DNA from: Lenisia limosa
Lineage: Eukaryota; Protista; Breviatea
Direction: 5' to 3'
NCBI GenBank assembly: GCA_001655205.1
Contig: LPNZ01008880.1
Location: forward strand, 1 to 64,000
DNA length: 64,000 nucleotides
Both the position numbers and the translations under genes were made by a program. Every line of letters begins with the position of its first letter. Within the stretch, counting starts at the first letter, position 1. A model generated the notes under the pieces. The model was not told the origin of the DNA. It ran no database searches and worked only from the letters and a program-made list of their open reading frames with translations. Below are positions 13,201 through 26,423 of this stretch, piece by piece.

Positions 13201-16200
13201 ATACTTGGTATGACTGACCTTTAAGCGTGCCCTGCAACTCTTCGAAATTAGTCAGTTCAATTTCTGGAATCCTGTGGTGCTCCACAGTAGTACTTACATT
13301 GACTGCGTGAGCAATAGGTTTCTTTCAAATATCATCTTTAGATTTGCTTCTCTTTAGATTGACCTCGCAGGTTTCATTCCAATCCCCTACATTGGCTGAT
13401 ATTCCGATTATCAAAGAAATGCTTGACTGTCAAGACTCCAAAGATGTAAGTACACGATGCTACGAGGGTGACTAATTCCATCAGGGTGAGTCCAACTACC
13501 TTGTCAAGAAGCTGACCCATGCGAGCAGCGATGCCCAGAGAGGTTTGCCACGAGTTGTTGTCCTTTTGTGGCCACTATTACCTTTTGGAGAGTAGCTTCC
13601 TCATGTTTGTAACTCCACAGCGGTACAGCAGGATCGAGACGCACTATACACTCCTGACCTCAACCTTTTAGTTCTATCATCACATGGGGGGTGAGAGGTG
13701 TTAGGTGTAAGCCTTGAATACTACACCAATGTTCAAAATTCGTGTTTTCCGCCAATGTTGTGTCTTGAAATCTGAATACTTATTGTTTAGTGGAAAGCTC
13801 CTCCCAGCCCTCATGAGCCGATATGCCTCGGATACCAGCCTTTCCGATGGTGAGTACCTAGCACTGCCGGTGTTCAGATAAGGAACACTCCTCTCAGACA
13901 AATAACTCCAGATACACTGCAAGGCGTAGTTAACTATTCAGGCCTCAGGTTCCACCAGGCTACTGAGTTGAAACACCACTCCCTTAAAGCAGGTGCGTGG
14001 CACTGACTACTGCTGGTCACTTATCTTAAGCCTCTATTTAAGTACTCTTCTCACCCCGCAGGCCAGTCGCACTTGACCCTCGCGTGGATGGAGCGTCTTT
14101 CGTCCAATACCGAATGGGCGTCCTCCCCCGGGGCCAACATCCACACCGAATCTCTCCAGTGTAGGCGTCAAAACAACGACCAAATAAATTAATGTTCTTT
14201 TTGGGAACTGAAGTGAATAATATCTTTCTTCAATCCAACGTTTAACTTCGGCAGTGGCGGTGGAAATGGGTGATTGGGACTCAGCCAGGAGTAACATCAA
14301 AAAGTGTGAGCCGACGGCACAAACGCAGCTCACGTCGGCCTTCGTCAGCATCAAGGGTAGGCATCGCATCTGCCATCTAGATTTCACCTACCAGATGGCC
14401 TCATCCCGGATGCTATTCGGAACCTCTCAACGGCAACAAGCTTGATTGCACCTGAAATTTCAGCATGGTGGGTATTGATATCAGGAACCGCGTCTAACCT
14501 GAACGTAGTGACGGCAACTTGAAGCATGCATACAGTTACTTGACACAGTTACACTGCGGCTCAGAGGTTTGTACCCTTGTTTGGACGTTGACTGAAAATC
14601 AAGGTTGAAGACTACCTGCATACAATGGTGCAAACAGATCTCGCGACAACTGACAGGTTCAAGGCCCTACTCGCTCGTTGGGACTCTCAGCTCAAAATAA
14701 CCAAGGTCGGAATATCTTTGCCGTCGCATGGTTACTCCAGGACTGGGATAAGATACATATATTACTATTTCGTAGTAGTATATTGAAAGTAACCCCCCCT
14801 CACAGCCCTCACCCTCACTGCGCACTACGATTCTAACCCAACGCTCCTCGCTCCTCTCTATTCAGCTCGACCAACAAATGGAGACTGAAATGGAAAAAAT
14901 GGTGGTCAACGCGGCTGTAGAGAACAAGCTGCTCATTTCCGAGGTTTGTGAGGCTGCTCTTGACCAGTTTAGGAGTTGATGAAAGAAGGGTCATATGGCG
15001 GGGCCTACGCTGCCGTAGTAGATGCTGACACCATCCGCTTCAATTACGCCAAAAAAACTGGCACACTTCAGCTGTACCAAAAGATGTAGGAAGGCTAATG
15101 AGAAGGCTGAGATAACGCTCAAGATGGTCAGAGAGGAAACTGCTGGATGTTGGAAGTGTCATTGCAACTGCAAGGATTCTCTTCAAATGTGGAATTGTTG
15201 ACATGGTTTGTGAGCTTCGAGTCACTTCATTTTCCAGCCCTTGAAGATCATCAGTGACTGTCTGGAGAGGGACGACTTCAAAACGGTAGGGGACTGTGGC
15301 ACTGATCAAGCTCACGATTCAGGTCAAAGGAGAGAAGCCAGACCCGAAACTTATCAAGCTTCACGTTCTGAGAGTAAGAGCACCTTTGTACAGTTAACGT
15401 CCAGATTGAACATTCCCTCAACTACGACCAAGTGTCAGTCACAGGGTACTGCAGAACATTTACAGAGTCAATGAACCACTACTCCGAAACCCACTTCACT
15501 GTTGCAAGGTGGGACTATGTTAACATCATGGTATACTCTCCATTTTCCTTTCTATTCAGCTTGTGTAATTAATACAGGGCTTATGATGCGCTGCTTCAGG
15601 AGTTTGAAAGCCAGATCACGATAGCTGATGAAGCGATCAAAAAGGGCCATAGAGTTCCGTAAGTTGCTCTTTTCTCCTTATCACTTGCTCAGCAATATGC
15701 CTGACCTTGCAAAGCACTATAACCTTCTCTTGCCCCGCGCATTGGACGCCTACTGTAGGGTCCTTATCTGGTACTTGACAGTTCAGTTGACACTCTTATC
15801 ATGGGATGTGAGAATACGACACTTGCAGTTACGCGGTACTGTCACATCATGTTTGCCTCAAGGGAGGTCAAAGCTTCAGTCCGCAAGCACCAACCCGCCA
15901 ACCTCTCGGTAAGCTGGTAGTGTTGCATTCATTTGGCCCCTTCAGCCCTATCTCAAGGCTGGCATGGAAAAGTGTTTCTCTTCAATCAGTGCGCTGCCAG
16001 CGGCTTATTTGATCATTGTCACTCAGCAGCTGGCGGAGTGGTTGGCTGTTTTCCTGTTAGTTATCCCCTAGTGCCACACAGGAGAAGAATGGTGCCATCA
16101 TGGAGTTTGCCAAGCTTTTTGCACGGGTTTGGGGGTGCTGTTTTTGCACGGGTTTGGGGGTGCTGTTATTTGCACTTTACTGTTTTCCTGTGACCGGATA

Positions 16201-18478
16201 GGTCTTCAGCAACTTCCCCCAAGTCTTTTGGCTGTTCTGTACAGCTGCTCTCAAAACCGAGATTTCAAAATCCGAATCACATCGACACGTGAAGCTTACT
16301 ACCCTTGGTCATAAGGTACCTCGTTTTTCTTGAGGCTTATGTCTTTAGATTCGGGACTCCTTAGACACTGAGACAAAGCAAAAGCTCTACATGAACTATG
16401 TTCAAACCGTGTTGCACTTCTTTAACGTCCGGGTATGCGGTGAGTTCGTCTTATTGTTCTAGAACTGTGTTCTCACTGACATTGTGGAGATGCCAAGTCT
16501 CATTGAAGGTCCCCCTGTCTCAGCAAGGTTGGTGTTTTCAAGAAAGGGCAAAGAGAAGAGTGAACTGTTGAGGAGTTGTGGAGGGAGCAAAGCTGGCAGA
16601 CTGTTTTGATGAACGCAGGGATTCGCGGGAGGCAACACACGTACAAGCGTATCGCCGGAAGAGGTACAGTAAAATAGTAGCGCTGGGTACAGTGCCGCCC
16701 CTCAGAGTTTGCAATGCACACCATTGCTCATCTCACCGTTGTAGAAGTACCTCTCGCCAACGACGCCGAAGTTTGATGAGAAACTAGAGGCGTTTTCAAG
16801 CCATCACGTTGGAACATTCCAGGCTCAGACGTCAGAAAAAGTGTTCCACAGCAAAGCCCAGCCCATTGGTGTCAACTTCCGTGCTTCTGACGGCGAAGAG
16901 TTCAGACTGCTCATTAAAGATGGAGACAACCTCAATAAGGNNNNNNNNNNNNNNNNNNNNNNNNNNNNNNNNNNNNNNNNNNNNNNNNNNNNNNNNNNNN
17001 NNNNNNNNNNNNNNNNNNNNNNNNNNNNNNNNNNNNNNNNNNNNNNNNNNNNNNNNNNNNNNNNNNNNNNNNNNNNNNNNNNNNNNNNNNNNNNNNNNGA
17101 ATCATCTCAGGTCGGTCCCGTTATTGCTTCAGTGACAACAAGTGCGTTACGTTTCAGAGGGACATCCTGTGAAGTCTTGCCTCCGAATGTTCCAGGCCGT
17201 TCCATTGGACAGCTTATGCGGTATCATTGAAATGGTATGCCAACCGCCCCCCCCCCTGACGTTCAGGTTGATCACTCCACTACGGTCAATGATGCCTACG
17301 ATACTGTGACAAGGAAGCATGTCGTTGTATGTTTCTCTACCCCATTTATATTCCTCAGAGCTGATTTTTGAATCGCATTCTATCATACTTCTAAGTTTAC
17401 TTTTTGCAGAGAGGCTCTTCTAACTCTCCACGAAACCAGTTCAGGCTCATCATGAGCGCTTTTGAGGACTCAAAGGCGCTAAAGGAGGTACAGATCAATT
17501 TCAAGAAGAAGAAAATGGAGGCATTTCAGGAGTTCTGCTCAAAGTGCCCGCCTTATTTTCGATTGCATTTCAGCGACAACGTTGGTCTTCTTCGTCACAT
17601 ACATATTTAATCCATCCTTTATTGACCCTTCAGTTTTTGGATGCGAGCAAATGGTTCACAGCGCGTCAGATGTACATGAGAACCCTTGGTATGTGCATTT
17701 GTTGCTAACCCTCGTAGCAACCGTCAGTGTGGCCTGCTTGGCCGTTGGGCTTGGCGACAGACATCTGGATAACATCATGATCCTACCGGATGGGAGGCTG
17801 CTGCTCATCGATTTCGACTGTATCTTCTGGAGGGGCAAGACATTACCCATCCCTGAAATCGTGAGTTGAGGCCTTTGATAATTGACACAATCTCACAATT
17901 TTGTCTTGTTTGGTCTCTTTTTGACATGCAAGGTTCCGTTGCGATTGACACGCAACATTATTGATGCTCTCGGCTGTATGGGTGTTGATGGCGGCTTTTC
18001 TGTGGTACGTTCTTGACCAAATTACTTTGCCCTTGAGAAAAGATAACGTATCAGACAATGGAGCGAATGCTCGAAACGCTCCGACTTGAACGAGACACCA
18101 TTGTTCCCATTCTTCAGGTATTGCCAAGGGGATATCAACCCTGGTTGGGTTTCTTGGAGGTTTTGGGCTCGGTTTACATATCGTTTCCAAGAACTCACAT
18201 TGCAGACTTTCCCCATGACCCCAAGAGATAATAAACAGTTCAAAATTATTCGCGAGTTCTTACGTGGGGGGTCCTTCAAATTACATTAATGCGCTTCTTT
18301 ACTTTTCAATGTCTGGAATATCCATTTGACCAATAGAGTTTCTGTTTTACAATTCCAATTTGACCCCCTCCTAGAGAGCACAAAGTCCGTGGGTGAGGTT
18401 GTGAAAGAAGTCATTTCAGATGCACGAAACCCGGAGCTTCTGTCACAGATGTTCTCTGGCTGGTGTTCTCAGTCGTAA
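4298..18478 (+). CDS. ATR: PIKK-family protein kinase, most similar to ATR/Mec1 (long helical N-terminus, kinase domain, FATC); 5' boundary approximate
   Basis: C-terminal exons read SKAQPIGVNFRASDGEEFRLLIKDGDNLNK, VGLGDRHLDNIMILPDGRLLLIDFDCIFWRGKTLPIPEIVPFRLTRNIIDALGCMGVDG and FATC-like SVGEVVKEVISDARNPELLSQMFSGWCSQS-TAA (18476-18478). Upstream + strand exons appear continuous from about 4.3 kb; that they form one gene is inferred. The PIKK call is secure, the ATR subfamily less so. Confidence 0.7.
10365..10542. repeat. Tandem array of about 6 copies of a 30-31 bp unit (GACAACATCATGCCGGATATCTAACATCCAG) at an intron 3' end of the PIKK gene
   Basis: Read directly. Most units contain CTAAC...CCAG plus the first ~18 nt of the following exon. 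Confidence 0.9.
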
Positions 18479-19213
18479 TCCTGCATGGTAATGGTATTTC
18501 AATATGTTCATTCTTGTTGTGTTGTATCATATTATGTCTCTTTTCTTCTTTTCTAGTTTTTTTTAATGTAAATTATTCAGGTAAACGGTTATTCGAGTGT
18601 GTGGTTACATTGTTGCAGCGCTGAGCAGTAATTGCTCTTCGCGCACGTGGGGGAAGGATGCAATTTCGAGGTGCAACACCGAAGTGGTCAAGTTTTCTGA
18701 AGTTGAATTGAAGTTGAACGCAGGGTGCCTCCACTCATTGGAAACCGAGTTTCGGAGAGTGGTGGATGCTGGAAACTCTTGCCAGTTGTTTTTTTTTTTG
18801 TTTTGTTTGTTTTTCAGAAAAACAAGCAAAATTGGCGGTAGTAGGACATTGAGTCCCTTAGATTGACAGTTGAGTCATTGAGTAGTAAACAGTTTCAGTT
18901 ATGTGTAGTTATGTAATTCAAATGTAATTAGGTTCTTATTAGTACAAATTAGGTCTAATTATTAAATACAACGATTATGTCAAAAACAGTGGATGGTGGA
19001 AACCGGGTTTTGGAGAGTGGAGTACAAATTTTCATGAGTGGAAGCCCTTGGTTGAACGAGAAATTTGATTGAAATACAACGGTGTTATTACAGTGTGATA
19101 ATTATGCTCAAAATCCATTTCTGACAGACCCTCAACGAAATACAAAAAAAAGTTCTCCATCCAAAACAATAAACTTCAAGTTTTGCCCTCTTTTGTGCCT
19201 CTTCTCTGCTTCT

Positions 19214-20273
19214 ATGTCTTTTCTAGCTTTTCCCGTTTGTGCTAGTTAGTCGGGTGGTGTTAGTAGGTAAGTAGTTCTTGCAATTAAAGGTTTGTTCTAA
19301 CCCACCTTTGCCTAATACCCCCCCCCCCNNNNNNNNNNNNNNNNNNNNNNNNNNNNNNNNNNNNNNNNNNNNNNNNNNNNNNNNNNNNNNNNNNNNNNNN
19401 NNNNNNNNNNNNNNNNNNNNNNNNNNNNNNNAGTAAGCTTCCCTCAGAAAGGTGGGAGTTTTGTAGTATTAGCGAATGTACAAATGTATTTCTGAATTCA
19501 ATTTGGATACTTATGGTTCAGTGAAGCGAAGAGAGCTAAGCAATGTTCTGACAAGAGTAACTCCCAGTGTATCGCCCAGGACAACACTGAGTTGACTGAG
19601 CGAGTACTCACTCTCGAGGCCCTTCTTGACCAGCAAAGATGTGAACATGCATTGCATGTGAGGCAAACCATTTCTTTTGGATGTGAAAAAACGGAATTAT
19701 ATTCGTTCATCGCGGTTTCATATATCTGAATCTCATGAATCACAGCTGATTGCGATGAAGAAGGAGCATAAACTTGAAGTGTTAAGTCTTGAAACGAGGC
19801 TGCGCACTACCATCTTCGAGGCCAACCAGAGAATTTTCGAGTCTGAACAGGTTGGAAGATTCAATGCTGTTGCTTCCAGTTGGACACTCTAAGACATGGA
19901 GTTTCTCCTATTTGAAATATCTTACAAGAAATACTTTTTTGAACAAAAGGCCATAATAAGAGGTAAAGGTACCCCCAAAGAAGCCCCATTTTCTCAGATT
20001 ATTCTTGATTCTTGGAAGGGTGCAAGTTATCCACTGTGTGTTGGCTTCCTTACGGTCCGAATAAGACTGGTCAAATATCGAGATTCATCGAGAAATTCAG
20101 TCTTTTTTGAGAACCGTAGGGAAGCCCTAGTTATTGGCGTTGGTGATCAACTCAATTTTGCCGTAGTTAATTCGCTAATTTACCAGATTGAAGAACTTTA
20201 CGAGCAACTTGAAGAAAAGTACGAAGACGCCAAAAAGCGAATACTTGAGCTTGAGAGAAACGCAGTGACATAG
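19214..20273 (+). CDS. Hypothetical coiled-coil protein (start uncertain, N-gap inside)
   Basis: Exons ELTERVLTLEALLDQQRCEHALH, ESQLIAMKKEHKLEVLSLETRLRTTIFEANQRIFESEQ and IEELYEQLEEKYEDAKKRILELERNAVT-TAG show heptad character and GT-AG borders. Confidence 0.55.
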
Positions 20274-20540
20274 AGGCCTCTTTCATTTGGTTTGCCCCAC
20301 ACATTTACTGACACAATAGTTCAAAGGAAAGCAGCTTGGAAAGCACCTTGATATACTCATAAGTGCAGTTCTTAATCAGGTAAGAATGCTCTTGAATCTC
20401 ACTTGTCAGATGAAGAATACAATACAATACATTACGAACAAGAATAATTGGAAACATAAGAACAAAAAAAAAGAACAAGAAACAGTTAAAGAATTGTTTG
20501 TGAAGAAAGAAAAATACAGATGTCAAAACTCAAAAAAGTA

Positions 20541-23028
20541 TCACGTCCACGTGACCGGTTTTCGCTGAGTGGCTGTGATCCGAATATGGTCATCGCTTGG
20601 CTTCGCGGTACGGGTGATTGGTGTGGCGGGCGTCAAGGAGCCCATACTAGGAAAAGGCAGGCCAGGCTGCTCTTTGATGTCGAACGTCAAATGGCCCTGT
20701 GAGGTGGTAGCGTTGGCGTTGAGAGGCGTCGGAGATGAGCGTGAGGCGGGAAGTCGGCTCTGGGACGTCTGAAGGCTTCGAAAGTTCGGAATCTCGGCTT
20801 GGTCCGGGGTGCGGGCGAAAGTTGCACCAAGTGACGCGAAGGCCGAGGCGTTGCGCGCCATGGTTTTCGGGGAGGCAGATCGTGTGTCTCGTTTTGTGGT
20901 CAGAGCATCAGGGTTAAGAAGGGAGCTGGACGACGCCTGTGCCGGGCTTGAGAGCGGAAGGTTCATCCGGGACAATTCACTCCGTCGGAGGTTTCGTCGG
21001 CTACTTTGTAGGCTCGGAGCGGCCTTGGAGAGGCTGCGCTCCCCTGTGTCGGGAGGCTGGAAGAGAATCATACTTCAGTGAGCAAGATTTCTTAATCGAT
21101 GGGGTTTATCACATTTAACAATCCAAAGTATATCACAGTGTGTAGTTCAATCATGCAGTATCAACACAGTGAAGTTGTTTTTGCCACCATGAACTAACTA
21201 CAATATACAGAACTAAGTAGGTTAATTCCGCAACCCTGGCTTACCGGGGCAGTTATGAGTGGGGGAAGGTCAGCCACCGTTCCATTTGAAGGGGTTAGGG
21301 CAAGGTTGGCCTACATTATCAAAAGCCTGTATTGCAACTCACAAGAATCTCAATATGGCAACTAAGATTCGAGCAATAAATCAGGTTAAGTAATAGATAA
21401 ACGCCTAGGAAGTCATATTTTCAGCCAACACACGAGTTCCTTGACATGGTCACACAACGGCGCGCCTTTCTTCTTGGCCTTCTTAGAATGACACACCATC
21501 AAACAACACAGGCAAATAATGAGGATGGCAACAAGACAACCAGCAATAATCTCAGAAGATGGAGCTGACATGTCCTCTGAACAGTAAAAGGCTGGCTTTT
21601 GCGAAAGAAAACTAAGTTGAATACCTTCATACAATTATTGCCCCAGTAAGTGTATACTCGAAGTTTATAACAATCACCCAAAAGACAATAAATTCATAAA
21701 TAGAAAACAAGACCCACTTATGAAAGCAAAAGGCTCGGAGGAAGATGAGTCATCAACTATGTCGGAAACTGAAGGTTTGGGAGAGCCTAGAAAATAAGAA
21801 CGGATACCTCCTAACCGAAAACGTTTCAAAAGAGAAAAAAACAATCAAGAATACGTACATGGTAGAATTCCGCTTGAGTACTGACTTGCATAGCCACTAA
21901 TACAGTCGCCACATGTCTCGTTGCCTGCAGTGGCCCGGAATACACTCCGGCACTCTAACAGGTCAGCTTTAGGGAGGCATGATGACCAAAGTAAATATTA
22001 AAAATCGAGTTTGATTGAAACTTGGCCGTCCAAACCTTGACAAAGAGAGTCCATTGTCAGACTACAGGATTCTTGAAGAAATAAACCAGAAGAACACTCT
22101 GAGCACTCTAAACTGTTACTCATTTTCATGGAACTGTAAACATCCAGTGATTGTTAAGTTAATATCAATATAGCATTGTCATGTATCCCTAGCCTACCTG
22201 TGCAGTTGAGGGAATCATTGTTGGAAAAGTGGTTTGGAAGGCATGATGAGCACTTCCCTACTTCTCCTTCTTGACGATTGGCCAGGCTACAATCTAGGGG
22301 TCAAAGACGACTGACAAAAGCAAAAACCACAACAAGCAATACAGGAAAACAGACCCATAGGAAACCATAGTGAAGAGCGACCTACTGTAATTGACGCAGC
22401 TTGACAGAATCAAATGATCGGATCTGCCGCATTCGGTGCACTCGTCAATGAGAAGACAGTCTTGGCACGGGCTGATGCACGTTTCTGCTACATCAATCCT
22501 GCACAGAAAACTGACCCCACGCAAAAGGCTTTTTATCTCCTAATGAAAACTAACCACAAGTAGTAAGGGTGACATTAGCAACTCCTTGACCAACAGGACA
22601 CTCCTTTACACACGTCCCTTCATGGCTGGTGAAACCCGCAGCACATTCGGTACAGCAAGAGGGCCCAAGGCCTGAGCAACCCACTGCACATGCCGTGTCA
22701 CAAGCAACTGTAATGGGTCAAAGAAGTGGAGGAGCGAAAGAGGGACTGTGTCTTCCCAAGTGGCCAAAAACTATCAAACACAACTCATCATCGACCCTGG
22801 CTTTTAGGCAAAATTATTACTTCAACTACATTATTGCAATTTAATTCTGCTTACCACATCCAGATTCACCCTCAAAGAAGAGCTCAGGGCAGGCTAAATT
22901 AGGTAAAACAGCGATCTATTCACAATCGTTCCAAAGAGCAAACATTATTGTCAAAATTGATCTTTCATACCTCCCAAAACTCCACGAAGCAGCAGAAGAA
23001 TGAGAGTGAGCAAAAACACTCGCCTCAT
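20541..23028 (-). CDS. Type I membrane protein with signal peptide, furin-like/CXXC cysteine-rich ectodomain, one TM helix and S/T/P-rich cytoplasmic tail
   Basis: N-terminus MRRVFLLTLILLLLRG. Exon CDTACAVGCSGLGPSCCTECAAGFTSHEGTCVKECPVG is a furin-like repeat, followed by CISPCQDCLLIDECTECG. TM IIAGCLVAILIICLCCLMVC then basic HSKKAKKK. Low-complexity tail in ORF 20541-21071. Confidence 0.7.
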
Positions 23029-23502
23029 TATGTACTAATATCCTTTCTGCGGTCTATAATATAAACAATAGGCATATTGTGTTATATACGCAGAATTTAA
23101 TCAAGATTTGCTCTTGAATAAAATATCACGAATCACACAGTACTATTATGCGTATATTTTCCTGATAAACACACAATATAAAAAATACAACTGAATTACA
23201 ACACTCCTTTTCTCCTTTTACACTCTCTGGCAGAAGATGATGATAATATGATGAGAATGAGAAAATTTCAGATTGAAGATCTGCGATCTGTGGCTACTAC
23301 CTGCTACTACCATCTCTATAAACAACCAACTGACAACCAAATAACAACTAGCTAACAGTTGGATTTTGAAACCTTGAAACAAACTTCGGCCAACCACCAA
23401 GATTGCGATTGCATCGATTACATTTCAATTTGCATGTGCATTACAACTGATCAGGCACGCAAGCAAAACTCTGCCCAAGTGTCAAAACTATGTAGTTACA
23501 TA

Positions 23503-24161
23503 CAGTGGCGGGCAAAAGTATAAAGACAAAGGGTTTTGGCCCTAACTTTTCGCCATTTTGGTCGCTTTAAATTTTTTTTTGCATCAATGAGCTCCTATGA
23601 GTCTCAGAACTCTTTTTGGGTGTTTTTCAAAAATATGTGGTTGCAACAGTCACAATTACTGAAAAAAAGTGAAAAACCCCAAAACGGCTTATGGGTTATA
23701 TGTAAGATTTTTTGGGGGGAAATTTCTAATTTGTTAATTGATTGAACTGAACTGAAAATAATGGGTGAGGTAAAGAAATTTCACCCGAAATTAGAGGCCA
23801 AATAGAAATGTTGCACCGAAGAGGGTTCTCTAACTCCAAGATTAAAACCTGGATCACACAAGATCTTCCAACAGGATCTATTGCCACAATTGTCAGCAAG
23901 TTGAAGATTAAAGGAACTATTAAAGTTGAGAAGCGTTCTGGAAGGCCACATGCTTTGACGAAGTCCAACGAACTGCACCTCCTCCGATCGATTCAAGAAT
24001 CTCTCAAGCGCCTTATGTCAGTCCATGCTGCTGTTGTATCCCAGAAACTTGGTATGACCCTCTCGCGTTATACTCTTCGTCGTGTTGCTCAGAAATATGG
24101 TTTATATTGTCGAAGGGTCAGAAAGAAGCCTAATTATCTTCTTGAATGGTTTTGTTCATAT
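23503..24161 (+). mobile_element. Tc1/mariner element, left part (about 200 bp TIR plus HTH half of transposase), cut by a 10-N gap
   Basis: TA then CAGTGGCGGGCAAAAGTATAAAGACAAAG. ORF MLHRRGFSNSKIK...KRSGRPHALT...TLRRVAQKYGLYCRRVRKKP is a Tc1-type paired HTH with GRP motif. The 5' coding frame is disrupted relative to the copy at 28771. Confidence 0.9.
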
Positions 24162-24171
24162 NNNNNNNNNN

Positions 24172-25873
24172 CTTGGGTCAGCATGCTGCTCCGGGGCAGC
24201 TAACGGGGCGACCGGAGGGAAGTGCGACTTCAAGACGTGTCCTGCAGCGTGATGCCATGCCATTGCTACGGATGATTTGTGAAAGCATTCAACCCCTCTC
24301 ACGCATTTTGAGCAGAAAAGGCACGATCAAATTTGGTAGCATATATCTGGAGAGTCAATGGAAGGCGGAAGGAAGCGGTTCCATACCTTGGCTTTGCAGT
24401 TGTGAGCACAACGTCGTCCAATGATAACCCGCCGTGACACACCCCATGGGTATGAAGAAAGGACAAGACTAGAAGATCAGACTCGCATTGCTACGACCGT
24501 AGGAGATTGCTCTCTTATCCGTCCTCACAATGCCGCCATCTCCACCCACTTGAAATGAGCTCTTGGCACAGTTTGCGAGCCTGGTTGGGCCGGTCAGCAG
24601 GGGGAATCTTCGGAATCAGCGACTTCAGACGAACTGTGGCAGATAAGGCAATGGAGCATTGGTAACTCTTTGAGTAATAGCAACATGCTCTCTCCTTTGG
24701 CAAGAATTCGATCAATCTATCTGCACTTTTTCGTAACCTCGTGTGAAAGGTTCCACCACCAACCTCCTTGCACTTGTGTGAACGCGAACAGTGTTTCCTT
24801 GGGCGTTGCGGCAACCTGAAATACTCAATGAGGCATTCGGATGAACGTCACTAAGCAGCCTTGCCCTCGAACCTCGAGGAGTCGTGGCAGCCCTGGGTGC
24901 TGGTGGCCTAACTTGGTCCACCACTCTATCTCTGCTGTCACCACAGATGTCAAGTGCTCGCCTTGAGGGTTGCGAAATATCTGCCGTGGGTAAAGCACAA
25001 AAAGAAGAGTCTAATGTGACGATCATAAGGGATCTTCACCTTCACTAATGAAGATTAACAACGGCTCGACAAACTTTTAAACTGACAACTTGATCAGTTG
25101 GGAAGTGAACCCCTTGATGCGTTCGAATTTGCGCTGTGTGCTTATCTATGGTTTGGGAGGGTGAATGTCTGCACACAATCGCTAGCTAAAAACCCAACTA
25201 ATTACATAAGAAGATACAATAAAACTTTCACCAATCCACCCACAAGAAGTCTTCCCTATGAAATAGTCCTGAATGGACCGGTTCAGTCGAAGCGAAGCGT
25301 GTTTGCTGGTGTCAGCCTACGTGGGATTAACCCAACTTCACAACGGCAGTCAACTATCATTACAAGATATTGCTATTTTTGTAGCCTACCAGCTGGAGGG
25401 CGAATTAAAACTCTTTGCCAAGTGCATTACAAGAACTACAGTCATATATATTGCTCATTTATCGACGGAGATGTATGGAAAGCTAACTCAGAGAGAACTG
25501 TATCTTGCGTATCAACAGGCAATCCTAAGTAATTCTCTTTTTTTTATAAAAATAATGCAGTTTTCAAAGAGGCTTGGTATGATTTCAAAAGAGAGAACAA
25601 TGAGTGAAATAACCAAGTCATAGTAAAGGTGTCGAGATTTTTACTCAAATAATATTGCTCCAACGTAAGGAAACCATTTATCCCACCTGCAGTGACGTGA
25701 GAGACGTTTTTGTAACCTTTGGAGACTCTAAAGAAGGTTATGCTGGAGGAGAGAGGGGTAGGCGAACTCTTAGGTTTGGCTTGACCAAGGCTACTCCATA
25801 AATCGTTGAGATTTTTAGGTCGTTCATTCTTATCGTCTTTGGAAACGTCCCCAAAAGACGAATCGCTGCCCAT
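24172..25873 (-). CDS. Hypothetical multi-exon protein, 3' end lost in gap
   Basis: Starts MGSDSSFGDVSKDDKNERPKNLNDLWSSLG. Further GT-AG-bounded segments include HASLRLNRSIQDYFIGKT, TQRKFERIKGFTSQLIK, YATKFDRAFSAQNA and AMAWHHAAGHVLKSHFP. No family recognised. Confidence 0.5.
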
Positions 25874-26423
25874 GGGGGAAAATTAATGAGAAGGCATTAT
25901 TCCTTTCCACTTTTTCATGATAGTATAATAAAAAAATTTATCATCATTGGTTAAATCTACCAGCTGCATCCTCAAATCCTGAAAAATATTTTTCACATAA
26001 ATGCTACCGGTCCGGGCAAGTTTTTGCTTGTTTCTGTGTTTTTGTTGTCTTGTTGTCTTTGCACTCTCTCTAAGATAGTTATATAAGTTTATCTGTTAGA
26101 AACGGACAATTTCAGTGGACAGTCCCGAAACTAAAACAAGTCTCGTTGTAGTAGAGCCCGTGCTGAGCGTCCCCCCCTGAATGTAGTCACCCAAGTGGTG
26201 TAAAATGTCACATAAACCGTCACAGAAACTCGGTAGGTCCCACCCTTCCCTTGATCTCTTTGGCTTTTTCTTGTATCATTTGAGGTGTTAAAGTTTTTTG
26301 ATTATAACCAGAGACTAAGTTGAGTCCATGTTGAATTCTGTTTTCATAGTTCGGTATTAGTAGCACCTATTACTTCCTAAAATCATTTCTTTCATCAAAC
26401 AGTTCCTCTTATTCTTGTAAACC

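Noticed and set aside
20809-21081. + strand 90-aa ORF
   Set aside because: It is antisense to the longer tail exon of the membrane protein.
25098-25623. Two overlapping + strand ORFs (144 and 116 aa) as genes or a zinc finger
   Set aside because: The - strand shows coherent GT-AG-bounded exons through this region; these look like shadow ORFs.
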